This document shows positions 1 through 14,100 of a stretch of 64,000 bases of DNA, one piece after another. Positions within the stretch are counted from its first letter, which is position 1. Each line of letters starts with the position of its first letter. Location: contig CM022677.1 in the NCBI GenBank assembly GCA_012295275.1, forward strand, positions 1,116,001-1,180,000, read 5' to 3'. Below the pieces are notes generated by a model. That model was not told the origin of the DNA. It was given only the letters and a program-made list of their open reading frames with translations, and searched no databases. Origin of the DNA: Chrysomallon squamiferum. Taxonomy: Eukaryota; Animalia; Mollusca. The position numbers and the translations under genes were made by a program.

Positions 1-11
1 GCAGAAACGAG
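1..11 (+). CDS. ARID3: ARID3/dead ringer: 3' tail of an upstream exon ((M)QKR-G); gene starts before the window
   Basis: (AT)G CAG AAA CGA G|GTGAGT, a consensus phase-1 donor at 12. Joined to 30503 it rebuilds MQKRG-TPVNRIP, the conserved ARID3 ARID-domain sequence. Confidence 0.85.
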
Positions 12-1352
12 GTGAGTGACTAAACCAACAGTTAATATTTAGAAAATTTTACAGTTTTTATTATCCTTAGCTCTTACAAGTTTCTTATTGTTGATGTTAT
101 TTTTTGAAAAACTTAAAATAACATTTTGTCCAGTGGAGATATTTTAAATTATGTGACAGTATGGAAACCAAATTTGAAAAGAAACCAGAAGTATCTTTTC
201 AGAAAGGCCAGAAGAAGCATCTGAATCATTTGTAATTGATACACAGTGACCATACATATACTATTGCCATTTGAAGTACATATTTACATATCAGTATATT
301 TTTTTCTTCTCCTTTTTCTTCATCTTTTTTTTTTTTTTTTTTTTAAATTAATATTTTAATGTATTATATATTCAGTTAATTGATTTTTAAAAAATACTTT
401 TTTTAAAAGTTTTAGTATTTGGACAGTTTTTATTTTGGATTGTGAAAGTTTATTAATCAAATTAACTTTGATGATATAATATCAAGAGGTATCATTTGTG
501 TGTGTGTGTGTCAAACATTGATTGGTGATAGTGATCTGTCTCAAAGCCATGCTTGTGTCTCAAACTCACATTATTGTCTGAGAAAACTGACTCTAATTTT
601 TTTGCACCAGGTGGATGTGATTGTCCACCCTGCCATTAAGCCAACAATTAGAGTGCTTGGTTTCATACTCACTGACTCACTCTGCAGTGTAGCTGCTATT
701 GTCACCAATCACACTATCATTATTCTCTGTGTGATTGTGTAGCAACATTTTTAGCTATTTCACTGCCACAGCTCTGCTGCCAAGAACCAGCTCAGATTTA
801 AAAGCATTATTTTGTTGTTATTGTTTAACCATATTTCACAATGTTAGCAGTTACACTCAATGTGAAGATAGTATTGTTTTCTTCATCATTATTTGAGCCA
901 TATTATTTTCTGTGTGATTATTTACTCTCATTTATTAACCATTAGACTATCATGTTTCAGACTGTATAAATATTATTAGCTATATTAATGTTTTTTGTAA
1001 TGACATCTCAGCATATTTTTGCTAGATGTTACGTGATTTAGTGTTGAGGCAGTCACACACTGTCTGTGTTGTAACTGGAGGTGGAATCACTGTGTAGAAA
1101 CAACTCAGTGACCTGTTAGCTTGATGAGTGAATGCCACACAGAACTCGCACACTAAGAATAGCATTCTGTCACAGATCAAACAACTTCACCATGCATAAT
1201 TTTTTTATTATTATCTTTTTAACTCTAAATTTGAAAGTAAGCTGGGATTTAAAAAAATTTGAATAAGTAAAATTTTGCCTGAATGATAAATTTCATTGAG
1301 TAGAATAAAATAAAATAAACCTTTTTTTCTTCTTAAGATAATCCTGAATGTG

Positions 1353-1392
<40 letters not shown>

Positions 1393-1525
1393 CTGGAAAA
1401 CTTACACAGAACAACCATCACAAATTTGGAAAACAAAAACACATTTTTATTAAATAATAAAATAATAGAGTATTAAATAAAAGCAATAATTAAAAATTTA
1501 GAAATATTAAAGAAAAAAGAACTTT

Positions 1526-1577
<52 letters not shown>

Positions 1578-4500
1578 AATTGTAAAATATGAATTACTTA
1601 TTAGGCTTAATTGATATGGATATTGCTTTTAATAATAAACTTGGTATTATTTAATTTCTGTGTTAGAATAACCTTTTTTGTTTTGTTTATCTGAAATTTT
1701 TTGTTTTTTGATGTTTGTTGTTTTTGTTTCCAGAATGCTCTCACAGGTTTTGTTTAAAAGCTTTACATTAAACCATGTGACTATTTAACATGTCATTGGT
1801 GTTCTTTTAATACTATCATTGTAATCAGCTGTAACCACATTGTAACCACACTTTTTGTCTTTAATACCAAATGTGGTGTTGTTTACAAAACCACTGGTGT
1901 AAACCACTGGTTTATATGTAGCATTTCTCTATTACGATGTAATCTCATTCATTCTCAATACCTAAATTTGAAGTAATCTTTCTGCATTAGAAACTAAACA
2001 CTGTAAAAGACGGTATACAGGCAGGCGTTCACACTTAATCAGCTGTCACGAACTAAGCAGCAAATTGACTTTGAACTAGAAATATCACAATGCTGAGTGT
2101 GTTGAAACTCTCCTCAGAGTGAATTAAATAAGTATTAACATAATTACACTGCTGCATGCGTCTCGGCCATTACAGAACAACAGAGGTTTCTTCAAATAGG
2201 GGCTGCCTCACGTAACTGGATCTGAAAACATTTGAAAAGAATGAGCTTTCCCTGGTTCCATGAGTTTAATACTCACAGATTGTCCAGCTGATAATATCCA
2301 TGAATAGCAAGCAATGAGATTTGACAGTTTTCAGTTTGCTCACTTTACAGCTAACACAAGTGTTTATTATGAAAAATACATGAACTAAAAGTTGTATCTT
2401 GCTTCTTACAATAACTTTCTCGAGACAAAAGCATCTATCAGTTTCAAAAGTGAAAATTATTTAGAATTAAGAGTTAAAAAAAGATACGAAAATGACTGAA
2501 TGAATGTTTAATGACACCCAGTCATGAAAAATACTTCAATAAAATGTCAGAAAGATAAACAGAAGAGTAATTATTTATTTATTAAATATTTTATATATTT
2601 TTAAATCTCTAACAAGTTTGCTAATAGCAAATGATAATTTCTGTTTTTCTGTTTTTTAATAATTCATAAGTTTTTTACTTTGAAAATTTAATGTACAAGA
2701 AAAAAAAAATATCAACAGTATACGAGTGTAACAGTAAGACAGCTGGGTCAGAGTACTGTTGATAGTGGCAGTGATTTCATCTTATTACATTCGTCTCGTG
2801 ATTTCATCGTCTGATGGGCTTCATGAGCGAGACATTCACAAGATGAAATCAAAGAATATCTCTGACATTAATCATGTAAACTAGTCACTGAAAAACATAT
2901 CGGATTAAAGTCAATTTAGATTCACTTTAGAATTAAAGTTCTTATCGGCTGCATCTCACACAAGGACTCAGTAATTTGACTAATCCGAAATCCTTCGTGA
3001 GAGAAATAAATTGGAGCTATAATTTCAAAGGATTCAAATCCAGACTTGTCATTCTTCATAAATCATTAAACAAATAAATAATTGTTTGATAGACTTATTC
3101 TATATCACCAGTGATTGATAGATGGTTGCCAGGCTTAAACACGATGGGTCAGTTACATCTTGGCAGAGTTTCAGTTGTCACCAAAAACAGTGATAAAAAT
3201 TCGGTTTGTCTTATTGTCCATATGTCCAGATAACATCCAGACACTTTTGTTTTCATTTAGAAGTCTGTCTCATTCTAATTCCCTCTATTCAGATTATCAT
3301 AATATTTATATCTTTTTTTTAAATTAGTCAAGTTTTGTTATTCTGTGACTCATACAACTGTCACATTGGAAAAGGTAAAAACATGATACCTATGTCAGAC
3401 AGACAAGTGTAAGTTTTAGAACATATTTCTTACAATAAGGACTCGTTTTTTAAAACAGAGGAATGTTTTTAATTTATTCTTTCTGCGTCCCTGAACTGAG
3501 TAAATTAATACAGAGAAATGATAAAGCTTTATTAGCCTTTTTTCTCTTGTTTTCCACAACAGCTGCAGAGCTAAGATTGTGGAAAGATATTGTATAAACA
3601 TTTGTTACAACAAAGAAAGTCTTTGCATTTAACTCTCATAAACATCTCAAAAGTGAAATTAATGTTTGTTCATACAGATGGGATATCAATACAGTTTGGA
3701 AATAAGCCATATTTATTTAATTGGCACTTGACATGAATATGAAGCTTTTTCACTTCAGAACAAAATCTGAACTTAATGAAAGTTAAAAGTCTTGAATATT
3801 TTTATTTCTTAAACATTTCAACAATTCTGTAATAGGACCTGAAAGAAAAAAAAAAAGAAAAAAGAAGTATTAATATTACTATAATATTTAAAATAAAAGT
3901 TTTAAGAAATTGTTTAAATATGCAACTTAACAGTTTTAAGTCACATATTTTTAATTTATTTTTATTATTATCATGTAAAGACAGTGTTCTTTTCCAAAAG
4001 AAGCTGTAATATTTCTGCATTAATGAAGTACTGTACAGAATTTAGTTTGCTTTTCAAACTGCACATTCCAGTGTTTATTTCTTCTTGTTTTATTATTTTA
4101 ACTATTTCTGTTCCAGAATAATGTAATGGCAAATAAAAAGTAAACAAGTGTGTAAAAATATCACACTGTAATTACACGAAAGACTGTTTAGATATTTTGT
4201 TGTTCTCAGTTTACAAAATGATAAAAGTTTTATTGTTGTAATGATTATTCAAGATGAGGTAGTTTAAAAAAACAACCAAAACTGGCAGATTCTGCAATTT
4301 GGCACATGCCAGATAATTGTATATGCTGTTATATCATTGATAACTGGATATATATATTATTTTCTTTAATAAAAAAATTATCAAAAATAATATCCCAATG
4401 AGAACATCAGCATCTGTCAAAATTGCTATGGTTTGACTTAAATCTTGGAATGCAGTTGCAGAGTTCATTTCTCGTTATGCAGACTATAATTATTTGTTTT

Positions 4501-4786
4501 CCTGCCAAACTGTGGTCTCCACTGGAGTTCCCTACAATTCAGCTTTGTCTGTATAAATACTTAAAATAAAAATCATGATGTATTTTTACAGTAATAATCA
4601 GAGATTACCACATGTAAATTAAATATTAAGTATACAAGTTTATACTGGACATTTGATTTCCAATTAGGATATTCTCAACAGACTAATAACCATAAGATAC
4701 TTTGACTGAGAAGAGTTTATGTTTGTATTCCATATGGGTATGATTTTATTCTCTCACTTTTTTTTTTTTTTTTTTTTTTTAAATTA

Positions 4787-4817
<31 letters not shown>

Positions 4818-4839
4818 CATTGCTGTTATTATTATTATG

Positions 4840-4892
<53 letters not shown>

Positions 4893-5632
4893 TTTATTTA
4901 TTTATTTATTTATTTATTTATATAGCAATGAAATGAGATTTGATATAATTATATGAATAATAAAAATAATTTGCAAGTTTTTGCTGGCAAGGAAAAAAAA
5001 TTGACATCTTAGTTCAAACATAACTGAAACTGGAGTCATTTAAAAAAAAAAAAAAAAAATTCTGTACAGTTTATTTTGTTTGCTTTTCATTATTTTCAAC
5101 TTGGTATATTCCATCATCTAATTTATCTCAGTATGTAACTAGCATTGGGAATAAGCTTTCATAAGTACATAACATATTTCTGAAATACATTTTATAATTA
5201 GGAAGATCATTACTGCAGCTATAAGCTTACTTATATGAATTTTACATATTTCGGTGCTTTTTATTAGTTTAATAGCAGATATGTGAATATGTTAAATGTG
5301 AAGGAAAATCATATTAATAATGATTTATTTTAGACGTCATAACCCACAGGCTGTTGTTGAATCTATTAATTGGATTACATGCTGATTATTAACAAATGCA
5401 CTTGTATAAAATAAACTTATAGATTTTCTTGCTGCACGCTGGGATGTTGTCCCTGAATTTTGTAAGTTAATACAATCATGTTGACTGGGCCAGTGCAGCT
5501 GTGTGTGTGGAGACTTGTTTGTATTGTACACTACGGAGAATTCACATTTCAGAAACATATACCTGTATTCTGATACCCTTGCTAATACACACACTCATTT
5601 AGTCAGTTTTACAACACTGAACCAATTTGTAA

Positions 5633-5675
<43 letters not shown>

Positions 5676-6162
5676 TTTGAATTATAATTTTACTTTGCTG
5701 TTGTTATTGCTTCTGAGGTTATTGTTGCCATTGTTGTGTTATAAAGTAAAACAGATTTAAACAGGTAAATGATATCAAGTCAGTCTGTAGTCTTGTGCTA
5801 TTAAAAAGACTGCTATAAAAAAAAAAAAAAAAAAAAAAAATAAAGAAAGAGTTTACTCCCAAAACAGATGTTTCAGTGTGTTGATAAATTTCAATCTTGT
5901 TTCTAAACTACTAATTCAAGCAGATAGGGCCACGGCCATTGGATCAGGGATGAAAAGGTGAGACTATGAAACAGATGGTCTGATGTTTGGACACTGGATC
6001 TTGTACTTCTAGTATCAACAGCAAATCACCACGTATGAAACCTGTGTGATTTCCCATCTCACTTCATATCTAGGTCATCACATTTATATTTACGTAATTT
6101 TAACATCCACTTCATTTGTATTACACTAGTAATAATATTATATCTATATCATAAAGATAGTC

Positions 6163-6660
6163 ATTTTAATATGCTGTTCAGCTGTATCACAGTAGTAATG
6201 GTTTTAATATCTATTTGCACTGTATCTAGATTATCTATATCACAAAGTAACATTTATAATTACTCCGTTTTTAACATGTAGTTTAGCCACATCACAGTGG
6301 TAATACTTTTAATATCTAGTTCAGTTCTATATCATAATATCTAGTTCATGTATAACATTTTTTTAATATCTAGTTCAGCTATATCTAGAGGTAATCATTT
6401 TAATATCTAGTTCAGCTATATTATACAGGTAATCATTTTAATATCTAGTTCATCTGTATATAATCATTTTAATATCTAGTTCAGCTATATCAATCATTTT
6501 TTATTATCTAGTTCAGTTATACAGGTAATCATTTTAATATCTAGTTCAATAAATTTTTAATAACTTCAGTTATATCAGGTAATAACTGTTTTGGCTACAT
6601 CATATTAAATATCATTTAGTTGTAATAGAAAATATATTTATTTTAATATCTAGTTCTGAT
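6163..6660. repeat. Degenerate minisatellite, ~26-38 bp units, core TTTTAATATCTAGTTCA
   Basis: About 9 clear core copies between ~6307 and 6657, with more decayed copies upstream. Confidence 0.85.
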
Positions 6661-9600
6661 TATCATACAAATAATAGATTTTACCTACTTTAATAAAGTT
6701 ATATATGTTAATAAACTGTATGTATGTCTAAATTATATCTTAAAGATATTTAATAATTCAACATTCAAGAATGAGTCTAAAATCATGATTTTTTTTGTAT
6801 TACTTTACCAATGTTTTATGTATCTGAAAAGATAAAGTAAATGGGAGGCAAAAAAAAAAAAAAAAAAATGAATGTTTAGAATTCCATTTTATATGTCTCA
6901 CACAAATATGATGTGTACCTACTGACTTTGGTAAAACAGACTGTGGCACACATTAATTACAACTATCAGATGAGAAGATCTGCTTTCTTAGTTTTACCAG
7001 CCTGGACAGATTGTTGAAAGATTTCAGATTTGAGCAGGATTATTCCTGTTTTCCTAGGCTATTTTACAAAAGATCTGTCAGGAATATTTTAACAACTGCC
7101 AGTATCCATCTTCCATCAGACATTTCCCAAGCTCTATTTAATGTTTTTCTTCCTCACTGGATGAAGAGTTATTTCTACACATTAGATGATATATCATTTA
7201 TCTGCTGTCTTTATGGCAATTCCTCTCTATTTCCTAGCACCCTCCAATGAGTATTTCACCTGGAAAATTCACAAATGTGGCCAGCATTTGTTTTTGTTGT
7301 GTGTTTTTCATTTATCATTTTATTCACATTCTAGCTGTTATTTCCCCTGATTGTCATTTTTGGGCAATCTAGACCTGTATCAGATAACATGGCTAGAAAA
7401 ATTGACATTCCTAAGTATATGAAAAGCAAGTTGCATTGAAAGGAGATCCTGATAACATCTGGTAGTTGGAATTAATTCTTGTTTTTTACTGCTTTGCTTT
7501 TCTGACCTTTTTCTCATAAAATATAATTTTGGTTTTGTCAGTTTTTGTAATATTTATAATTTATTATTAACAAATTAAAAACAAAAGTTTTAAAAACACA
7601 GTTGAAAACATAGAATGTTGTATAATGACTATAGTAAATAATTTTAAGACATATTTTGATAACGTAAAAAGTTCTACAAAGACTTGTAAATAATTAGAAA
7701 TATTTTAAAACATAAAAATCACAGTGAGAAAATAAATGAAATCAGTGAAAAAAAAATTTAACATTAAAAAAATATGAAATAGCAAAAAATATTGGAATTG
7801 GTGAGAAGTTTAAGACTAAAATGAAAAAAATGTGGAAATTAATAAAAAAAGAAAATGAATTTCAGTTTTATAGTAAAAATAAAATAACACTTAAGAATAT
7901 GTTTTTTTTTTAATAAACATTCCTATTGTTAAACCAAAGAAGAGTATTTTAACTATGTACATTAATAGAGAGGTTTTTCACTGGAAATTAACATTGAAAG
8001 CTTTACACAGATTAAGCTGGATATGTTTAATTGGTGTTACATGTCTCAAATCATGATGCTGTGTATGAGATAGAACAAATTCTAATTCAGTGTGTAATCA
8101 GCTTGATGTGCCCAGCAAGAGCGTCGTTACACAACAACTAATCTGCAATCAGAGATGATGTTTGGAAAGCAGTATTACTAAGTTTTGCTGACCACTGCAG
8201 CTGGTTAGTCTCACTCAGCTATAATTTTATTTACTTGCTGACCATTATACTTTTGGCACCACCACAGAGATGTAGGAGTTTGTGAATATATTAGTCCAAC
8301 CTTCTCATCTCACAGAAATACTTTCTATCTACCACGGGTCAATGTAGGGTGAATTAGTCAACAGTGGTCATTTAGCCTCCAAAGAGATGAGCTGTCCAAG
8401 CAGACTGGTTGTTTTCTTACACATACTGCAAAGTACTGTGTTAAAATACAAAGTGCTCTATTTATGGTTAACTGTCCAAAAAGAAAAAAAAAGTAAAAAT
8501 CATCATCATCATCATCAGTTAAAATATAGATGAAAATTACCTCTAGTAAATCAGATTAATTAGCTTTTGTAATTTGCTGATTGCAAATAAACACACATTG
8601 TGTTGTTCTGTAAATATGTTTACTAATCAGGTCGCTAATTATAAATAATTTCAGTGTTTATTGTGTAACAAGTATCTAACAGATGGTAATTCTGATAGTG
8701 GAATATTAATATATACTCTGTTTATAAATACACTCAGATGAGTCTAGGTTTGTTATTAGTTTTCAATGTTTCTCTTTCTCACTTATCACATTTCATAAGG
8801 TCATATCACTACATGGAATTTCAGACACGCATTGTAGAAATACAATACTGCACTTGCGTATTAAAGATTTATAGTTGTATTTTTTATAGTCTAATTAGTA
8901 GTATTATGTTCATTGATTTCATTGTGGCATGGTCAGCCAGTACCTGTGGCTTGTGAAAACTGTCGTGTAACATGAACCAACAATTTAAAGTGATATGTTT
9001 CAAGCTGCTCAAGCTCTATCTTTGATACAATTTGTAAAAATCAACTTGAATAAATAATGAAATAATATTTTCAAATACCACATTAAGTATTCATCTTCAT
9101 AAACTTTTTCCAGCTGTCAGGGCTTTGAAATATGTTGAAACAGATCTGCAGTACAGAACTGAACATATTCTTTTTCCCTTTCTTTCTGATTTCAGTTTTT
9201 ATTCTTGTGCTTTGTAACAAAGACACTTTTTAACAATTAACACTGCATCATGAATTATTTGTGTTTATTTCAAGTCTGATAATCTTTAATAACTATTAAT
9301 TCCAGCAGAACATAGTTCATATTTAAATTCTACAATCTATTTATTTTACTGTTTATTTATTTTTATTTATTTATTTTGGATACTTGTTTGTTTTGTTTTC
9401 CATATTTCTTTTGTTATTTTCATTTTTTTATTTAGTTTTTTAAAATTTCAGTTTTTTTCATTAGGACTTTTTCTTTATATTAATATTATTGTTTATTATC
9501 TTTATTTGCAACATCTTTTTTCTTCTATTATTTGAATTTGTTGGTTTTTTAGCTTATATTTTAAGTTTTATTTCATTTCTCTAACATCAACATCAAAAGC

Positions 9601-9815
9601 CAGTTTATTTTTTTATAATTTTGGTTTTAAATGTTACTCCTTTTGCATCTAATAGAAATTTCTAAATTATTTAAGTCTATCTACATTAAATAATTCTATC
9701 TACATTAATCTGTATCAAAATGATTTATCCTTACTGTTTAATACTGCTAGCTTCTATGTAAAATGTTTAGTGAGGCAGATACTTTTATATAAATATACCG
9801 AGAAGAATATTTTGT

Positions 9816-9849
<34 letters not shown>

Positions 9850-11156
9850 TCACACACACACCAATCATGATTAAAAACAACAATCTGTTATTATTAAATA
9901 TAAAAATATTGTTGATGGAAATAATACCAACTGTAGGCTACAAAATATTCTTCTCAGTATATTTATTTAAATGTTAAAAGTACTGTGAATAAATAAAATT
10001 TTATATAAATTGTAATGTATAATGAAAACAATTGAAATATACCAGTAATAATTTAGTATATATGATACTGTGCAGAAGAATGTGTATTAAGGAAGAGGAA
10101 TAATTAGAGAAAATGGGTTTATTTGTAAATGAGAACTGAAACCATTTTGAGTGCAGAGATGAGGCAGAAAGTCTTCAGTCGGAATGAAATCTTTACAATT
10201 GCTCACTCGCGGTTTAGCGATGCCATTCAGTCTGCATTCATCGAATTAGCCTGATATCAGAGAGCACTAATCACATTAAGCCAATTGGCCTTTTGCTGTG
10301 CTTGACAAACCACACAATCGACAAAACAAACCCGGCTCTTTCCTCCAGCAAGTTGAGGCAGCTTCCAATGATCATTATGCAATGTCTATGATTATAATAC
10401 ATTGGCAATGAATTCAGGGAATAAATGAAGCTCACTGAATGACTGGCCAATCAAGACGCGATGACTCGAACATCAATCACTTGATATCGTTCATTGGAGG
10501 TTCCAATCTCAATCTGTTAATATGTAACTTGCTTTGTGGAAAACAGTATTTCTCATGTAGACAACTGCTGTTAACATTTTAGGTTCATCGTTTATTAACA
10601 GTAAATGTTATGTTAAAACATGCATAGCAATCATAATCAAATGTTGACTTTTTAAAAATTAATATTTTATAAAATTTTGAATAGAAAATGTATATATATA
10701 TATATAAATTTATATTGTTTATTTTGTATATTAATATAAAAAAATTGTAAATTCTTTGGAAATATTTAGAAACAGTAATTTCTTTAAAATTATGTGTAAA
10801 TAGTACTATACAGACACTTTTTTTTTGAATCTTTGTTATTTTTCTAAAGTTATAAAATAATAATTTATTACACATTCAGGGCATTTGGTTTTATTATTTG
10901 AATTACATAAAGTTAAAAAACAATATTACATTTGGGACATTTTTATGATTTATTATTATTTTTATAAAAAGATAGAACATTTTGTTATTTGAATTTATTA
11001 TTATATCAAAATTAATTATTCTTTTATCAGTAAAAATTAATACTTCAGAAAACAAAAAGAAAGAAAGATTTTGCTCTATTTCTAAGGCTGTAAATGTATT
11101 TGAAATATGTTCTTATTAGCTATTAATATCACAAATATGAGATGTAACCATTATAC

Positions 11157-11198
<42 letters not shown>

Positions 11199-14100
11199 AA
11201 AATAGAAGTAAAAGAGATGTCTGTCTGATTTATGTTGGTTTGAAAATAATACTGTAATTCAAATATTGACTGTGCTCACAACAACACTAGGAGTGGAGGT
11301 GATGCATTTTTCTTCTTTCATGACTAGATTCATTATTAGTAATACCAGGGCAGGTACAGAATAAAACAGGTAGAGGTGTCTGTCTTGTTAGTTTTCATTA
11401 AAACAAAAGGAAAAGCTTTAATCAGTGTAATTTGCACAATATAAAATTTTATTTTTTTGATATACTAAATTCTGAATCTTTATTTTCATTTAACTAAAAA
11501 TGAAATAGATTAGAATAAAATAAAATAAAATAAAAATTCTTTGTCATATATATATATAAAAAAAAAAAAGAAGAATGAATTTTAAGATTATGAGTTTATC
11601 AGACTTAACCTTTTCCTTTCTCACATTTGACTGGACAGTATGTGAAATGTATATCAAGTTTGCATGTCGTATGTGACAGTCTGCGACTTCTTGTTCGATG
11701 AACAAACTGAAGAGCTGGTCCTGGTGCTGGCGACAAGACTTCTCCACAGTATTTGAAATTCACTCATTTGTAAACGTCACGGGTCATTTGGCATTGCGTT
11801 TTAGTGCTCCATGTGTGTATTCATTACTTAATTACACAACACTGGGTTCATTTGCAACTCTAGACACTGCTGATGACAATCATGTTAATTTGATGTCAGT
11901 GATCATCTTTGTTGGTGGGTCAAGTTAACTTAATATTATTAAAAAATTCAGTAAAATATAAAGCAGTAATAATATACATTCAGTGTATCACCATGTAATA
12001 CACTCCTCCCTGTGTTTCCTGTGTAAGAAAAACAGTATATGTTTATAATTAGCAATTAAATGAAGTTCAAGATTAATATCAGGTTTGAGTTTTGGATTTT
12101 TTAGATAGGATGGGTACTAAAACATATTTTGTTCCACGTTTACAATTTATCATCCAGTGTAGTGAAATAACATTCTTTACATATTATAACTATTGTAAAT
12201 ATTCATATTTTATAAAAATATATATTTTTTAATGTGTTTTAAATTATGTTTCCATTCAACATAATTTTTAAAATCATAAAATGTTTTTTTTTAAATGGTA
12301 TAATAATTAGTTTTTTAAATTTTATTTCATATTTGTTACCTTAATGTTTAAATGTTGTTTTCTTATAATATATGAGTATTTTTATAGGTGAATGCAAAAT
12401 TTAATCAGTTTGTGTTACAGCCTAATAAACAGACTTTATTTTTATTCCATTCTTGATGTTTGGATTAATAACTAGTGAATAGAAACAGGAAGCAGAGAAA
12501 AGTAATTATAGTATACATTTAATGAATTCCTTGAAACATTTGTTCTTTTACACCTTTTAAACTATTATTTCTATCAATATTTAGAAACAAAATTTTAATG
12601 ATAAAATTCTGATTTTGAAAAGAAAACATTTGGTTAATAATGTTTTTGTTTTGAATTTCAGTCAGACATTTTTTTTTTTAACAAGATTAAACAATTAAAT
12701 TTTTAAAATTTTTGCCTAAATGTACCTTTCTTCTTTGTGGTTTTCTTACTTAAGCTTTCTGTGGTGGTTTCATTTACCTTCATCATTCTCTCTATTTCTC
12801 TGTTTTGACAGGATAATAATTAAATAAGTATTTTACAGTTTTTGACAAGCTCTTTTTATTTTATTTTAGAAACCACTAAGCATGATTTTCTGTTTCCAAG
12901 TAACAACTAGGATTCTTGTGAGAGATTTTAATAAATGTTTTAATATACAATAATTTCAGGTTTTTAACTTAATTAATATATTAATTTTTATGTTTTTAAT
13001 TTCAAACTACTTATTGTAGACTTGATTTTGTCTTTATTAGTGCTAATGTTACTTGTATATCCTTCTGATATTTTGTGAAAAGTTTCATATTTTATGGTTT
13101 TCATAAAAATTGCCATTGAAAAGTAGCTAATGTGAATAAGAGACAAAACATTTTTTTTTTTTTTTAACATATACACATAACTGATTGTTCTTTTTTTCAG
13201 TTGGATATAAAATATATATATATTTTTTTAATAAGTTTAAAAAGTATTGATGATTTTTTTTCATAAAACAAACTCATTTTATGTGTATTTAATAGTAAAA
13301 ATATTGTTGTTCATCTCTCTTCAGAGAAGTAATAAAGAAAGCACTTAAAGGTAAAACATGTGATTTACATTTGTTTGAAACTTTTTGCTCAAAAGTACTT
13401 TGACCCAGGCAATAAAAATAGTCTGAGATATACGAGGTGAGACTGGCAGTGTAAGTAGAAGTTCATCAAAAGATTGTTTCATTAACATCCATTTGGCACT
13501 GTAAGCTGCGACTTGTGATTGATAACACCACCATTCTCCCCCTCCTCCAGAGCCTGGTGGTCTCTGAAATAAAGTGTGATCCTTATTATTTGTGATTTTT
13601 ATTAACAGGATGTTCCTCATATAACTAATGATTGTGGGGAATTAAAGTTGGCTTAAAAATGGTGCTCAGAAATGGAGAGGTATAATTCCCACTTCCTGGT
13701 ACGATAGACATTCTCTTCTTAATCAAACACACTTCCTCGCTTGCCCACTTCTAATTCAAGCGTTTTCAATTTTGCCCATTTTTATTATATGCGTTATACA
13801 CGTAAGATGGAACGGAATGAAATTATTAACAAATGTTGGGCCTCTTACTGAGCAGAGATTCACGTTTTTGCAATAAATGCCAGTAAATCGGATTTGGAAT
13901 TTTACATTCCTCATGTCAGAATTATGATGAAAGAATTATCTGTAAGCTTTTTTGAAAATTTGTTGCGAAGGAAATGGGCTTTTACCAGAAATTATACTGC
14001 TTAATGAGATTTATATAAAGGATAATTACTTTAAAAAAATGTTTTATATCTGTGAGTCAGAATGAGGCAACTAACTGTGAGCTGAGACTTCTAATTAAAT

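Noticed and set aside
6163-6660. Repeat-spacer pattern superficially like a CRISPR array
   Set aside because: Eukaryotic intron, no cas genes, and the spacers are short and related to one another; it is a minisatellite.
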